DNA from: Roseinatronobacter sp. | GTDB lineage: Bacteria > Pseudomonadota > Alphaproteobacteria > Rhodobacterales > Rhodobacteraceae | Direction: 5' to 3' (one strand) | Assembly (NCBI RefSeq): GCF_007126715.1 | Contig: NZ_SLAT01000178.1 | Length of the DNA: 50,555 nucleotides | Shown here: piece by piece, positions 36,787 to 46,911 of the stretch | How positions within the stretch are numbered: position 1 is the first letter of the stretch | How the letters are laid out: each line of letters starts with the position of its first letter | Notes under the pieces: model-generated | Database searches by the model: none | What the model saw: only the letters and a program-made list of their open reading frames with translations | What the model was told of the DNA's origin: nothing | Made by a program: the position numbers and the translations under genes

Positions 36787-37818
36787 ATGAAACGCCACGC
36801 AAATCTCTCGGACGCTATCGGCAACACGCCCCTTATCCGGCTGAACAAGGCCAGTGATGCTACGGGATGCGAGATATTGGGCAAGGCAGAGTTCCTGAAC
36901 CCTGGCCAATCGGTGAAGGATCGTGCCGCGCTTTACATTATCCGCGATGCGGTCGAGCGCGGCGCATTGCGGCCCGGCGGCACGATTGTCGAAGGCACTG
37001 CGGGCAATACCGGGATCGGGCTTGCATTGGTTGGGGCTTCGCTCGGGTTCCGAACGGTTATCGTCATTCCTGAAACGCAGAGTCAGGAAAAAAAGGACAT
37101 GCTGCGCCTTGCGGGCGCGGAACTGGTCGAGGTGCCCGCCGCACCCTATCGCAACCCCAATAACTATGTGCGCTATTCCGGCAGGCTTGCCGCAGCTTTG
37201 TCCGAGTCAGAGCCAAATGGCGCAATTTGGGCCAACCAGTTTGATAATGTTGCCAACCGACGCGCGCATTTCGAGATGACGGGGCCAGAAATCTGGGCAC
37301 AGACCGAAGGCAAGGTGGATGGATTCATCTGTGCCGTGGGATCAGGCGGGACGCTTGCTGGCGTGGCCGAGGCGTTGCAGCCCAAAGGTGTCCGAATGGG
37401 TCTGGCAGACCCAATGGGGGCGGCGCTGTATAGCTTCTACACGACGGGCGAGTTCAAATCCGAAGGTGACTCTATCACCGAGGGAATCGGGCAGGGGCGT
37501 ATCACCGCCAATCTGGAGGGGTTTACCCCGGATTTCTGTGCACGCATCCCTGATGAGGAGGCGTTGCCTATCGTGTTCGATCTTCTGGCGGAAGAAGGGC
37601 TGTGCCTTGGCGGGTCTTCAGGTGTGAATGTAGCAGGTGCCATACGCATGGCACGCGACATGGGTCCGGGGCATGTGATCGTGACGATCCTGTGTGATTA
37701 TGGAACGCGATATCAGTCAAAACTGTTCAATCCCGAATTCCTGCACGGCAAGGGCCTGCCCGTGCCAACATGGATGGAGCGAAAACCCCGCCATTTGCCA
37801 GATGTCTTTGAGGGGTGA
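36787..37818 (+). CDS. cysK: Cysteine synthase A (O-acetylserine sulfhydrylase)
   Basis: IGNTPLIRL, KAEFLNPGQSVKDRAA (PLP lysine), EGTAGNTGIGL, GSGGT, EGIGQG. Confidence 0.95.
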   Translation: MKRHANLSDAIGNTPLIRLNKASDATGCEILGKAEFLNPGQSVKDRAALYIIRDAVERGALRPGGTIVEGTAGNTGIGLALVGASLGFRTVIVIPETQSQEKKDMLRLAGAELVEVPAAPYRNPNNYVRYSGRLAAALSESEPNGAIWANQFDNVANRRAHFEMTGPEIWAQTEGKVDGFICAVGSGGTLAGVAEALQPKGVRMGLADPMGAALYSFYTTGEFKSEGDSITEGIGQGRITANLEGFTPDFCARIPDEEALPIVFDLLAEEGLCLGGSSGVNVAGAIRMARDMGPGHVIVTILCDYGTRYQSKLFNPEFLHGKGLPVPTWMERKPRHLPDVFEG

Positions 37819-37822
37819 TCCC

Positions 37823-40282
37823 TTGCAGCTTTTGCGACATCTGCAATCTGTTGTGCTTGCATTTGTGCTAGCACTGTCGGCACCCGTGTTCGTGCCCGGC
37901 GTTGCATCGGCACAGAGTAGCCAACAGGTCGTCGCGCCCAATTATGATGAATGGCGCGTTTTTGCAGAACGCGCCGAGCGGCTGATTGACCTGCAATTCA
38001 CCTCTGATGAGGTGTTGGCAGAGTTGCGCGCGGAACTTGTCGTGTTCAGGGGGCGGTTTCTGGCTGCGCAAGATGCGAATGCCACAAGAATCGTATCCGT
38101 TCGTGAACAGGTTGCCGCGCTGGGGCCGCCGCCAGAGGACGGCCAGAGCGAAGCAGAAGAAGTTGCAGCGCGCCGTGCAGAACTGGGCGAGCAACTGACG
38201 CAATTGCAAGCGCCGGGCATCGCCGCGCAAGAAGCATTTCGCCGCGCGGACGGGCTGATCCGCCAGATCGACCTGATCGCACGCGAACGGCAGGCAGAAG
38301 CGTTGCTGACGCTTTGGCCTTCGCCGTTGAACCCTGTCAACTGGGTGGCTGCCGTCGATGCGGTCTGGGGAACGGTATTCACCTTTGGAACCCAAGTGCT
38401 GGGCGCTTTGGAAGACCCGGCACATCAACGCGAATTCCGCTCTAACCTGCCGGTGGTGGGGTTCTTGTTTCTGGTGGCAGGATTTGTGCTGTTGCGCGGG
38501 CGGGCTTGGATAGAACGGCTTGTTGGCCGGTTGCTCGACGAGGAAGGCGACCGCAAGAGCAAGCGCCTTCTGGCGCAGATCATGTCGCTGACGCAAATTA
38601 TCGTGCCTGTAGCGGCGGTGGCTGCGCTTAGCACGGCCTTGGTTCTGACATCGCTTACCGGCGAGATTGGCGCCGCGCTGGGAACGGCGCTGGTTCAGGC
38701 GGGGATCGGGTATTTCACCGCCCGCTGGGCCGGGCGGCAGTTATTCCCGGTGCACGAATCCCGGCGCGCGCCGTTGCAACTGCCAGCCTCTCGCAGGCGC
38801 GAGGGGCGGTTCATGGCCAATCTTGCGGGGTTGTTCATCGGGCTGAATGTCATCATCAGCACATTATTCGATCCGTTGCGCCAATCAGACGCAGCCAATG
38901 CCGTGATCGCCTTTCCTCTCATGGTTCTGGCGGGCGTGGTTCTGTTCAGGCTTGGTACCTTGCTGTCGCGGCATTTCATGCTTGTTTCTGCTGACAGCAC
39001 TGAAACGCGGTTCTTCGATCGCATTGTCGGGGTGCTGGGAAAGCTGGCAATGCTTATCGGCATCGGCGCGCCGGTGATTGCCGCAGTCGGCTATGTGCAG
39101 GCCGCGCAAGCGCTTTTATATCCGTCTATCGTGTCACTGGGCCTAATCACCTTGCTGCTGTTCCTGACACAGTTGGTGGATGATATTTTTGATCTTGTGA
39201 CCCATCGCGGGCCAGATGATCCGGCGGCGCTGATCCCGGCATTGATCGGTTTTGCGATCGTGCTTGTGTCCTTGCCGCTATTTGCAATGATCTGGGGTGT
39301 TCGTGCCACCGAATTGCTGGAAATCTGGCAAGTCTTGCGTGAAGGGTTCCGGGTTGGCGAAACGCGCATATCGCCCACCAATATCCTGAGCTTCCTTCTT
39401 GTTTTTTCGATTGGTTATGTCGCCACCCGTATGGTGCAGGGTGCGCTTGGCAGCGGAGTGTTGCCCAAAACCAAGATCGACAAGGGCGGTCAGAAGGCCA
39501 TCATCTCGGGCACCGGCTATGTCGGTATCTTTCTTGCTGCGCTGATTGCCATCTCGACCGCAGGCATTGACCTGTCGGGACTTGCGATCGTGGCGGGTGC
39601 GCTTTCAGTGGGCATCGGCTTTGGTCTGCAAAACATCGTTTCGAACTTCATTTCAGGGCTGATCCTGCTGATCGAGCGACCAGTGGCCGAGGGTGACTGG
39701 ATCGAAGTTGGCACCACAATGGGGACGGTGCGCTCTATCTCGGTGCGCTCGACCGTGATTGAGACTTTTGACAGAACCGATGTGATTGTCCCGAATGCTG
39801 ACCTCATATCGGGGACCGTTACGAACTGGACGCGCTACAATTCGATGGGCCGGATCATTATTCCGGTCGGGGTGGCTTACGGATCGGATACACGCAAGGT
39901 TGCACGCATCCTCAAGGAAATCGGTGATGCAGAGCCACTGGCCTTGCTGGACCCTGAACCGCAGGTACATTTTGTGGATTTCGGCGCGGATTCTCTCGAT
40001 TTCGAATTGCGCCTTGTGCTGAGTGATGTGGGCTTTGGGATGTCAGTGCGCACAGAACTGCGCCACCAGATTGCCGAGCGGTTCAAGGCCGAGGGGATCG
40101 AGATTCCCTTCGCACAGCGGGATATCTGGCTGCGCAACCCCGAAGCCCTGCGCGGAGAGGCATCGGTGGCTGCAGTCGAAACACCGCGCGACCCGCGCGA
40201 CGAGAATGCGCGCACCAAGATGCGGTATGACGAGATTGGCGATGCCGATCCCGGCGGCGGTGATTCAGATGGGGGGCGATAA
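37823..40282 (+). CDS. MscS family mechanosensitive channel with a long N-terminal periplasmic/TM region (DUF3772-type)
   Basis: AIVAGALSVGIGFGLQNIVSNFISGLILLIERP, IVPNADLI, VGVAYGSD, GIEIPFAQRDI. TTG start after GAGGGG is inferred. Confidence 0.92.
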   Translation: MQLLRHLQSVVLAFVLALSAPVFVPGVASAQSSQQVVAPNYDEWRVFAERAERLIDLQFTSDEVLAELRAELVVFRGRFLAAQDANATRIVSVREQVAALGPPPEDGQSEAEEVAARRAELGEQLTQLQAPGIAAQEAFRRADGLIRQIDLIARERQAEALLTLWPSPLNPVNWVAAVDAVWGTVFTFGTQVLGALEDPAHQREFRSNLPVVGFLFLVAGFVLLRGRAWIERLVGRLLDEEGDRKSKRLLAQIMSLTQIIVPVAAVAALSTALVLTSLTGEIGAALGTALVQAGIGYFTARWAGRQLFPVHESRRAPLQLPASRRREGRFMANLAGLFIGLNVIISTLFDPLRQSDAANAVIAFPLMVLAGVVLFRLGTLLSRHFMLVSADSTETRFFDRIVGVLGKLAMLIGIGAPVIAAVGYVQAAQALLYPSIVSLGLITLLLFLTQLVDDIFDLVTHRGPDDPAALIPALIGFAIVLVSLPLFAMIWGVRATELLEIWQVLREGFRVGETRISPTNILSFLLVFSIGYVATRMVQGALGSGVLPKTKIDKGGQKAIISGTGYVGIFLAALIAISTAGIDLSGLAIVAGALSVGIGFGLQNIVSNFISGLILLIERPVAEGDWIEVGTTMGTVRSISVRSTVIETFDRTDVIVPNADLISGTVTNWTRYNSMGRIIIPVGVAYGSDTRKVARILKEIGDAEPLALLDPEPQVHFVDFGADSLDFELRLVLSDVGFGMSVRTELRHQIAERFKAEGIEIPFAQRDIWLRNPEALRGEASVAAVETPRDPRDENARTKMRYDEIGDADPGGGDSDGGR

Positions 40283-40367
40283 ACGCGCATAGCTTGTGAC
40301 AGATCAAGGCCCGGTCTGCCCAGACAGGTAAACTGGGCGCAGGACATGATAATCACAGGAGGCACCT

Positions 40368-40610
40368 ATGTCGCACACCCCACACGAATTGCCCGAGGAA
40401 TTCCCGCACGCAGTGGAGTTGATCCACAAGCTGAAGTTGGAAGATGCGCATTTCGCGCGTCTGTCGGAGCAGTATCACGAGGTCAATCGCGCGATTCACC
40501 GTGCAGAGACACTGGTTGAACCCGTATCGGATGCGCATGAGACAGAATTGCGACGCAAGCGCTTGGTATTGAAGGATGAAATTGCACGTATCCTGAACGC
40601 GGAAGCCTAA
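40368..40610 (+). CDS. YdcH/DUF465 family protein
   Basis: MSHTPHELPEEFP...HFARL...YHEVNRAIHRAE...LRRKRLVLKDEI; AGGAGG RBS. Confidence 0.9.
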   Translation: MSHTPHELPEEFPHAVELIHKLKLEDAHFARLSEQYHEVNRAIHRAETLVEPVSDAHETELRRKRLVLKDEIARILNAEA

Positions 40611-40661
40611 GGTTTCCTTGCGCGCTTCGTTCCGGGCATGGTGAAAGTCACATTATGAGAC

Positions 40662-41123
40662 CTAGCCTTTAGAGATGGCTTCCAACCTGTCGCGCGACAT
40701 CTCGCCCGGAACAATGGTGATGGGAATTGGCAAGCTGCCGGAATTGCGCGACATCTGGGTGACAAGCGGGCCGGGGGAATTGCCTTCTGTGCCTGCGCCC
40801 AGAACCAAGATTCCGATATCCTGATCCTCGCTGATCTGGGCAAGAATTTCATCCACCGGTTCGCCTTCGCGGATGACAAGTTCCGGGTCCACACCTTGCC
40901 TGTCACGCATCCATTTTGCAAAAACCTCGAAATGGGCTTCGATGCGTTCGCGTGCCTCGGCGCGCATCAGGTCTGCGACCCCGGCCCAGCCCTGAAACTC
41001 GTCCGGCGAGATAATCGACAAAATCTGGACCTTTGCGCCGGTTTGTGACGCCCGTAACGCAGCAAAGCGCATTGCGTTCAGGCATTCGCGGCTGTCATCC
41101 AGAATGACCAGAAATTTGCGCAT
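40662..41123 (-). CDS. Universal stress protein
   Basis: MRKFLVILDDSRECLNA, LVIREG, ILVLGA...PGPLV, PITIVPG. Confidence 0.92.
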   Translation of the reverse strand: MRKFLVILDDSRECLNAMRFAALRASQTGAKVQILSIISPDEFQGWAGVADLMRAEARERIEAHFEVFAKWMRDRQGVDPELVIREGEPVDEILAQISEDQDIGILVLGAGTEGNSPGPLVTQMSRNSGSLPIPITIVPGEMSRDRLEAISKG

Positions 41124-41224
41124 CACGATTCCCGTTCCAATTCGTCAACGCATCTTGTCCAAAAGCCCGCGGTGTGTAAACAAAAAGACCACTCTGGCCT
41201 TGGATCAAACAGGTCGTTTTCCGT

Positions 41225-41929
41225 TTATCCCCAAGTCACATTGCCCAGAAAAATATAACCGGCGCCGTAGATTGTCTTGATCAGTCGGGGGTTGCGCGGG
41301 TCTTCGTTCAGCTTTGTGCGCAGGCGCGAAATGCGCACATCCATTGCGCGGTCAAAACTCTCTCCGGCGGTGCCGCCCAGCGCATCGAGCATCTGGTTAC
41401 GCGAGATCAGGCGCTTGGGGCTGTCCAGAAACAGGCGCAGGACTTCGCCTTCGGCATGACTTATGGGAATTTCGCGCGCGTCCTTGTCGATCAGCACGTA
41501 GCGGTCGAATTCCGCTGTCCAGCCATTGAATTGCGCGCGTGTGTTGCGCGCCTCTGGCTGTGTGCCGGGCTTGCGCAACCGGGCGCGAATGCGCGCCACA
41601 ACCTCGGCCGGATCAAAGGGTTTGATGATATAGTCATCCGCCCCCAGTTCCAGACCGGTCACGCGGTCCTGCACCTGTGCGCGGCCAGAGATGATGATGA
41701 TCGTGGCCCCGGATTCCAGCGCAAGCCGGTGCACCAGCGCCAACCCGTCGCGGTCTGGCAGGCCAAGATCAACAAGGCAGACATCCGGGGTGATGCGTTT
41801 CAAGGCGGCCTCGAATTCGGTGGCGCGCGCATAGGTCGTGGTGTGAAACCCTGCATCCTGCAATGCCGAAGACAACACCTGCCTGATTTCAGGTTCGTCA
41901 TCCAGAATGGCGATATGCGGAATGCTCAT
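41225..41929 (-). CDS. OmpR-family DNA-binding response regulator
   Basis: ILDDE, LVDLGLPDRDG, GADDYIIKPF, DRAMDVRISRLR, IKTIYGAGY. Confidence 0.95.
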   Translation of the reverse strand: MSIPHIAILDDEPEIRQVLSSALQDAGFHTTTYARATEFEAALKRITPDVCLVDLGLPDRDGLALVHRLALESGATIIIISGRAQVQDRVTGLELGADDYIIKPFDPAEVVARIRARLRKPGTQPEARNTRAQFNGWTAEFDRYVLIDKDAREIPISHAEGEVLRLFLDSPKRLISRNQMLDALGGTAGESFDRAMDVRISRLRTKLNEDPRNPRLIKTIYGAGYIFLGNVTWG

Positions 41930-43854
41930 GTGATGATCTCCAGAGCGCTGCGCAAGTCGCTCAGTGTAAAAGGTTTATCCAGAACCGGAAACTCGCTGGT
42001 GGCTTCGCGGTAGAGTGCATCGCCCGGTGGGAGTGCTGTCATCAGATGCAAACGCCTCATGCCCTGCGCACGGCATGCGCGCAATAGATCAAGGCCCGAG
42101 CCTGTTCCGACCAGATTGATGTCAGACAACACAAGCCCAAGGCCGGGCAGGTCCACAAGCGCCATCGCTTCGTCATGGCTGGCAGCTTCTATCACATTAT
42201 GGCCCAGATCGCGCAGCATTTCACGCACGTTCTCGCGGATGCTATCCGTGTCTTCCACCAAGAGCACAAGTTCGGGCGGCTGTGATCGCGTTACTTGTGT
42301 CGCAGGCTTGAAGGGCAGGCGCAAGGTCACCTCTGCCCCGCCGGTTGCGCGGTTTGCAAGCCGGACAGTGCCCCCTGACAGCGTGATCTGGTCATAGACC
42401 ATCGCCAGCCCCAGTCCTGACCCCTCGCTGCCCTTGGTCGTAAAGAACGGGTCCAGCCCCTTGTCCAGCGCCAGCGCGCTGAATCCTTCGCCAGTATCTT
42501 CGACGCGCAATTCCAGCCATGTGTCGCTGACACGGCGCGCGGATAGGGTAATTTCGCCGGGTTTGGCCCCCAAGGCATCGCGCGCATTCAGAATCAGGTT
42601 GAGAAGCGAGTCCTGCAAAGCGCCCTGATCCAGCATCAGGGGTGGCAATGCGTCACGCAGTCTCATGTGCAGGCGAATATCGGGCGGCAGGGCAGGGCGT
42701 GCCATGACCTGAAGATCTTCCAGCAGCGCCGCCAGATCGGTCGGTTGCGGGCGCAATTCCCGATGACCAGAGATGGTGGCAATACGGTCCAGTAGCACCC
42801 CCCCACGCCTTGCGGCGGCAATGGTTGATTGCGCGATCTGCGCAATTTCCGGCGGCAGGTTCTCGCGGCGCGCAAGCTGTCCTTGCAGCCCCAATATGAT
42901 GGTCAGCAAATTTCCGAAGTCATGCGCTAACCCCGATGACAGTTGCGCGGCCAGTTCGCGCTTGCGCGTTTGTGCAAGGGTGGCGCGGGCCTGGGTTTCC
43001 TCGGTCACGTCCATCGACATGACATAGATACCGCTGATGGGCCCATCATCGACCTGATCGGGTGTCAGGGCCAGTCGGACGCGGCGACCGCTCTCATCAT
43101 GGGTGAATTCATGGACCGAGTTCTCGCCCTGCAGCGCAAGATCCAGCCATTGGCTTATCTTGTCATAGACCGCCCCCATCACCTCTTGCACGGTCATACC
43201 AACGATATTCTGGGGCAGACCGGGAAAAACAGAAGACAGCCGCCGGTTCGAAAATGTATAGCGCAGGTCGCGGTCGAGATGGGCGATATGGGCGGGCATC
43301 ATTTCCGCGGTCAGGCGGGTTCGGGCCTCCATCTCGGTGAGTTCGCGCTTGGCCTGTTCCAGTGCGGCATTCGAGGCGGCAAGCGCCCGGTTCGTCTGTG
43401 CCAGCCGTTTCGTATGGGCCAGCAATTCGCCCGACAATTCTTCGGAATGGGCCTGTAGCAGGCGTTCTTGCAGCTTCACTTCGGTGATATCGGTATAAAC
43501 CGTGACCCAGCCGCCTTGCGGCAGGGGGGCACCCTCGACGCTGATCCAACGGCCATTGGCGCGTTCGCGCTCCATGTAGTGGGGGACAAAGGCGCGCGCG
43601 GCCTCGACGCGCACGCGCACCGCTTCTGCTTCATCGTCAACCTGTCCGTATTCCCCGCGTGAGACAAGATGGCGGATCGTCTGCTCGAATTCCGCGCCGG
43701 GCTGCACCAGATGGTCGGGCAGCTCGAACATTTCCTGATAACGGCGGTTGCTGACCGACAGGCGAAGATCGCTGTCAAAGATCGACAATGCCTGCTGGAT
43801 CATGTTCAGTCCGGCCCCCATCAGCTTGATGCGGGTATCTTCCGATAGTGACAT
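41926..43854 (-). CDS. Cytoplasmic PAS-domain hybrid sensor histidine kinase
   Basis: Two PAS regions; GLAHDFGNLL (H box), NLILNARDA, DTGEG, PFFTTK, GSGLGL; C-terminal receiver (LLVED, LSDINL, KPF). AAGGAG RBS before ATG 43854. Confidence 0.94.
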   Translation of the reverse strand: MSLSEDTRIKLMGAGLNMIQQALSIFDSDLRLSVSNRRYQEMFELPDHLVQPGAEFEQTIRHLVSRGEYGQVDDEAEAVRVRVEAARAFVPHYMERERANGRWISVEGAPLPQGGWVTVYTDITEVKLQERLLQAHSEELSGELLAHTKRLAQTNRALAASNAALEQAKRELTEMEARTRLTAEMMPAHIAHLDRDLRYTFSNRRLSSVFPGLPQNIVGMTVQEVMGAVYDKISQWLDLALQGENSVHEFTHDESGRRVRLALTPDQVDDGPISGIYVMSMDVTEETQARATLAQTRKRELAAQLSSGLAHDFGNLLTIILGLQGQLARRENLPPEIAQIAQSTIAAARRGGVLLDRIATISGHRELRPQPTDLAALLEDLQVMARPALPPDIRLHMRLRDALPPLMLDQGALQDSLLNLILNARDALGAKPGEITLSARRVSDTWLELRVEDTGEGFSALALDKGLDPFFTTKGSEGSGLGLAMVYDQITLSGGTVRLANRATGGAEVTLRLPFKPATQVTRSQPPELVLLVEDTDSIRENVREMLRDLGHNVIEAASHDEAMALVDLPGLGLVLSDINLVGTGSGLDLLRACRAQGMRRLHLMTALPPGDALYREATSEFPVLDKPFTLSDLRSALEIIT

Positions 43855-43925
43855 GGCGGTGCTCCTTCCCCCGATCGTGATGCTAGTCTGCGAGTGAAAG
43901 CGGGGAAAGCCCAGAAAATCAGGCG

Positions 43926-43938
43926 TTACAATTCGTAA
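43926..43938. promoter_or_regulatory. Candidate regulator binding dyad between the kinase and ligase genes
   Basis: TTAC-AATTC-GTAA in the divergent intergenic region. Confidence 0.4.
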
Positions 43939-44045
43939 GGATTGCGCAAAACTACGGCAAGAATCACCGCGCTTGATGGCGCATGAGGGAGAGCGCAACG
44001 CGACAAGTTCGCGCAGCGCAGGAGTTGCCAAGAGGAGGGGGCCCT

Positions 44046-46028
44046 GTGAGTACCACGGCCGTAACCAGCCATTCGCTGGATGATCTGACGTCGGTTCCGG
44101 CGCTTTTGGCGCGCAATGCCAAAAGATTTGGTATGCAGACCGCCTACCGGGAAAAGGAATTCGGGATCTGGCAATCTTGGACCTGGACCGAGACGCTGGC
44201 CGAGGTACGCGCGCTCGGGCTTGGGTTTCTGGCGCTGGGGATGCAGCGCGGCGACTATGTGGCAATCATCGGGCGCAACCGTCCGGCGCTATACTGGTCG
44301 ATGGTTGCTGCGCAATCCGTGGGCGCGATACCCGTGCCGCTCTATCAGGACGCCGTGGCCGAGGAGATGGCCTATGTGCTGGACCATTGCGGCGCGAAAT
44401 TTGTTGTCTGCGGTGATCAGGAACAGGTCGACAAGGTGCTTGAGGTTCAGGAAACCGTCAAAAGCATCGAAGAGATCCTGTATCTCGACAAGCGCGGGAT
44501 GCGAAAATACGACCATAGCCATATGAACTGGCTGGGCGATGTCATGCGTGAGGGGCGCGCGGCAGAAACCCGGCTGGGGGCCGAGTTGGACAAGCGCACA
44601 TCCGCGCTGACGCTCGATGATACCTGTGTCATGCTCTATACATCGGGCACGACGGGCAAGCCCAAGGGCGTTGTGCTGAGCAATCGCAATATTATCGTCA
44701 CCTCCAAGAACAGTTCCGAGTTTGACAAGCTGCGCCCCGGTGACGAGATTCTTGCCTATTTGCCAATGGCATGGGTGGGCGATTTCATCTTTGCGATCGG
44801 TCAGGCCTATTGGACCGGATTTTGCGTGAACTGCCCGGAATCGGCGCAGACCATGTTGACCGACCTGCGCGAGATCGGGCCAACCTACTATTTTGCACCG
44901 CCGCGCGTGTTTGAGACAATGCTGACCACTGTGATGATCCGAATGGAGGATGCGTCACCGATAAAGCGGCGTATTTTCAATTATTTCATGGGCTTCGCGC
45001 GTGATGTTGGACCAAAGCTGTTGGATGGCAAGCAAGTAAGTGCAGGTGAAAAGCTGAAATATGCACTTGGCAACCTGCTGGTATATGGTCCGCTGAAAGA
45101 CACGCTTGGCCTGCGCCGCATTCGTGTGGCCTATACCGCCGGCGAGGCAATCGGGCCAGAGATTTTCGATTTCTATCGCGCGCTGGGGATCAACCTCAAG
45201 CAGCTATACGGCCAGACCGAGGCGTCGGTTTTCATCACCCAACAACCTGATGGGGAGGTGCGCTCGGATACGGTCGGCGTGCCATCGCCGGGGGTCGAAG
45301 TGCGCATTGCCGAGAATGGCGAGGTGTTCTACCGCTCGCCCGGCACGTTCGAGAGCTATTACAAGAATGCAGAAAGCACGGCTTCGACCAAGGACGCCGA
45401 AGGCTGGGTTGCCACAGGGGATGCCGGTTTCTTTGAGGAAGCAACCGGCCATCTGCGCATCATCGACCGCGCCAAGGATGTGGGCAAGATGGCCGATGGT
45501 GGCATGTTCGCGCCCAAATATGTTGAAAACAAACTGAAATTCTACCCAAACATTCTAGAATCGGTTGTTTTCGGAAATAACCGTGACCGCTGTGTGGCCT
45601 TCATCAATATTGACCTTGGCGCTGTCGGATCCTGGGCCGAGCGCAACAACATTGCCTATTCCAGCTATCAGGAACTCGCCAGCCTCAAGCCGGTTCTCGA
45701 TACGATCCAAGAGCATGTCGAGACTGTCAATGAAAGTGTCGCACAAGATGACATGCTGTCGGGCTGCCAGATTCACCGCTTCCTTGTGCTGCACAAGGAA
45801 CTCGACGCCGATGATGGCGAAATGACCCGGACCCGCAAGGTGCGCCGCCGGATTGTGGAAGAGAAGTTCACGGATCTGATCGACGCGCTCTATGGCGGGA
45901 AGGATAGCATCTATACCGAAACCGAGGTGACCTATGAGGATGGGCGCAAAGGCAAATTGAAAGCAACGCTGGAAATCCGCGACGCCAAGGTTTTCGGGCA
46001 GGTCGCGGCCAAGGTTGCGGCAGAATGA
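44046..46028 (+). CDS. Long-chain fatty acid-CoA ligase (AMP-binding family)
   Basis: YTSGTTGKPKG, YGQTE, TGDAG, IIDRAKD, TRKVRR; GTG start after GAGGAGG. Confidence 0.93.
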   Translation: MSTTAVTSHSLDDLTSVPALLARNAKRFGMQTAYREKEFGIWQSWTWTETLAEVRALGLGFLALGMQRGDYVAIIGRNRPALYWSMVAAQSVGAIPVPLYQDAVAEEMAYVLDHCGAKFVVCGDQEQVDKVLEVQETVKSIEEILYLDKRGMRKYDHSHMNWLGDVMREGRAAETRLGAELDKRTSALTLDDTCVMLYTSGTTGKPKGVVLSNRNIIVTSKNSSEFDKLRPGDEILAYLPMAWVGDFIFAIGQAYWTGFCVNCPESAQTMLTDLREIGPTYYFAPPRVFETMLTTVMIRMEDASPIKRRIFNYFMGFARDVGPKLLDGKQVSAGEKLKYALGNLLVYGPLKDTLGLRRIRVAYTAGEAIGPEIFDFYRALGINLKQLYGQTEASVFITQQPDGEVRSDTVGVPSPGVEVRIAENGEVFYRSPGTFESYYKNAESTASTKDAEGWVATGDAGFFEEATGHLRIIDRAKDVGKMADGGMFAPKYVENKLKFYPNILESVVFGNNRDRCVAFINIDLGAVGSWAERNNIAYSSYQELASLKPVLDTIQEHVETVNESVAQDDMLSGCQIHRFLVLHKELDADDGEMTRTRKVRRRIVEEKFTDLIDALYGGKDSIYTETEVTYEDGRKGKLKATLEIRDAKVFGQVAAKVAAE

Positions 46029-46870
46029 ACGGGCAGGGGGACGCAATGCGCGATACGGCACCGGATGAGGGCTATGTCACCGCTGATGGGCGCAAGATCG
46101 GGGGAGTTGCGATGGAAATGCGCAACATTACCCTGCGCTTTGGCGGTGTGGTGGCGATCAAGGATATCAGTTTCGACATCCGCTGGGGCGAGATCCGCGC
46201 GATCATCGGGCCGAATGGTGCGGGCAAGTCGTCTATGCTCAATGTGATTTCTGGCTTTTACCACCCGCAAGAGGGCGATGTGATCTTCAAGGGCTACAAA
46301 CGCCCGAGGATGCGCCCCTATCAGGTGGCGCGGATGGGAATTGCACGGACTTTCCAGAACATTGCCCTGTTTGAAGGCATGAGCGTTCTGGACAACATCA
46401 TGACCGGTCGGTTGCACCATATGAAAGCCAATCTTTTTCAGCAGGCGATGTGGTGGGGCCGCGCACAGCGCGAGGAAGATGCCAACCGCGAACAGGTTGA
46501 GAAGATCATCGACTTTCTGGAAATCCAGCATATCCGCAAGACCCCGGTAGCGCGTCTGCCATACGGGTTGAAAAAGCGGGTAGAGCTTGCACGCGCGCTG
46601 GCGGCGGAACCCAGCATTTTGCTGCTGGATGAACCGATGGCGGGCATGAATGTCGAGGAAAAAGAGGACATGTCGCGCTTCATTTTAGACGTGAATGACG
46701 AATTCGGCACGACGACAGTGCTGATCGAGCATGACATGGGCGTGGTAATGGACCTGTCAGACCGGGTGGTGGTCATGGATTACGGCAAGAAGATCGGTGA
46801 CGGCACCCCGGACGAGGTGCGCAACAATGAAGAGGTCATCAAGGCCTATCTGGGGGTGGCGCATGAATAA
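46025..46870 (+). CDS. Liv-type ABC ATP-binding protein (LivG-like)
   Basis: GPNGAGKS, ARTFQNI, LLDEPMAG, IEHDM. Start may be 46046. Confidence 0.93.
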   Translation: MNGQGDAMRDTAPDEGYVTADGRKIGGVAMEMRNITLRFGGVVAIKDISFDIRWGEIRAIIGPNGAGKSSMLNVISGFYHPQEGDVIFKGYKRPRMRPYQVARMGIARTFQNIALFEGMSVLDNIMTGRLHHMKANLFQQAMWWGRAQREEDANREQVEKIIDFLEIQHIRKTPVARLPYGLKKRVELARALAAEPSILLLDEPMAGMNVEEKEDMSRFILDVNDEFGTTTVLIEHDMGVVMDLSDRVVVMDYGKKIGDGTPDEVRNNEEVIKAYLGVAHE

Positions 46871-46911
46871 CCGGCATTTGACACGGGTGCAGATGACAGG
46901 GAGGGCGCGCA

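Noticed and set aside
37694-37822. MscS ORF extension overlapping cysK
   Set aside because: The 125-nt overlap is unnecessary; RBS plus TTG at 37823 gives a normal signal peptide.
43855-44265. 137-aa N-terminal extension of the sensor kinase in the ORF track
   Set aside because: It overlaps the divergent ligase gene, and there is a strong RBS at the internal ATG 43854.
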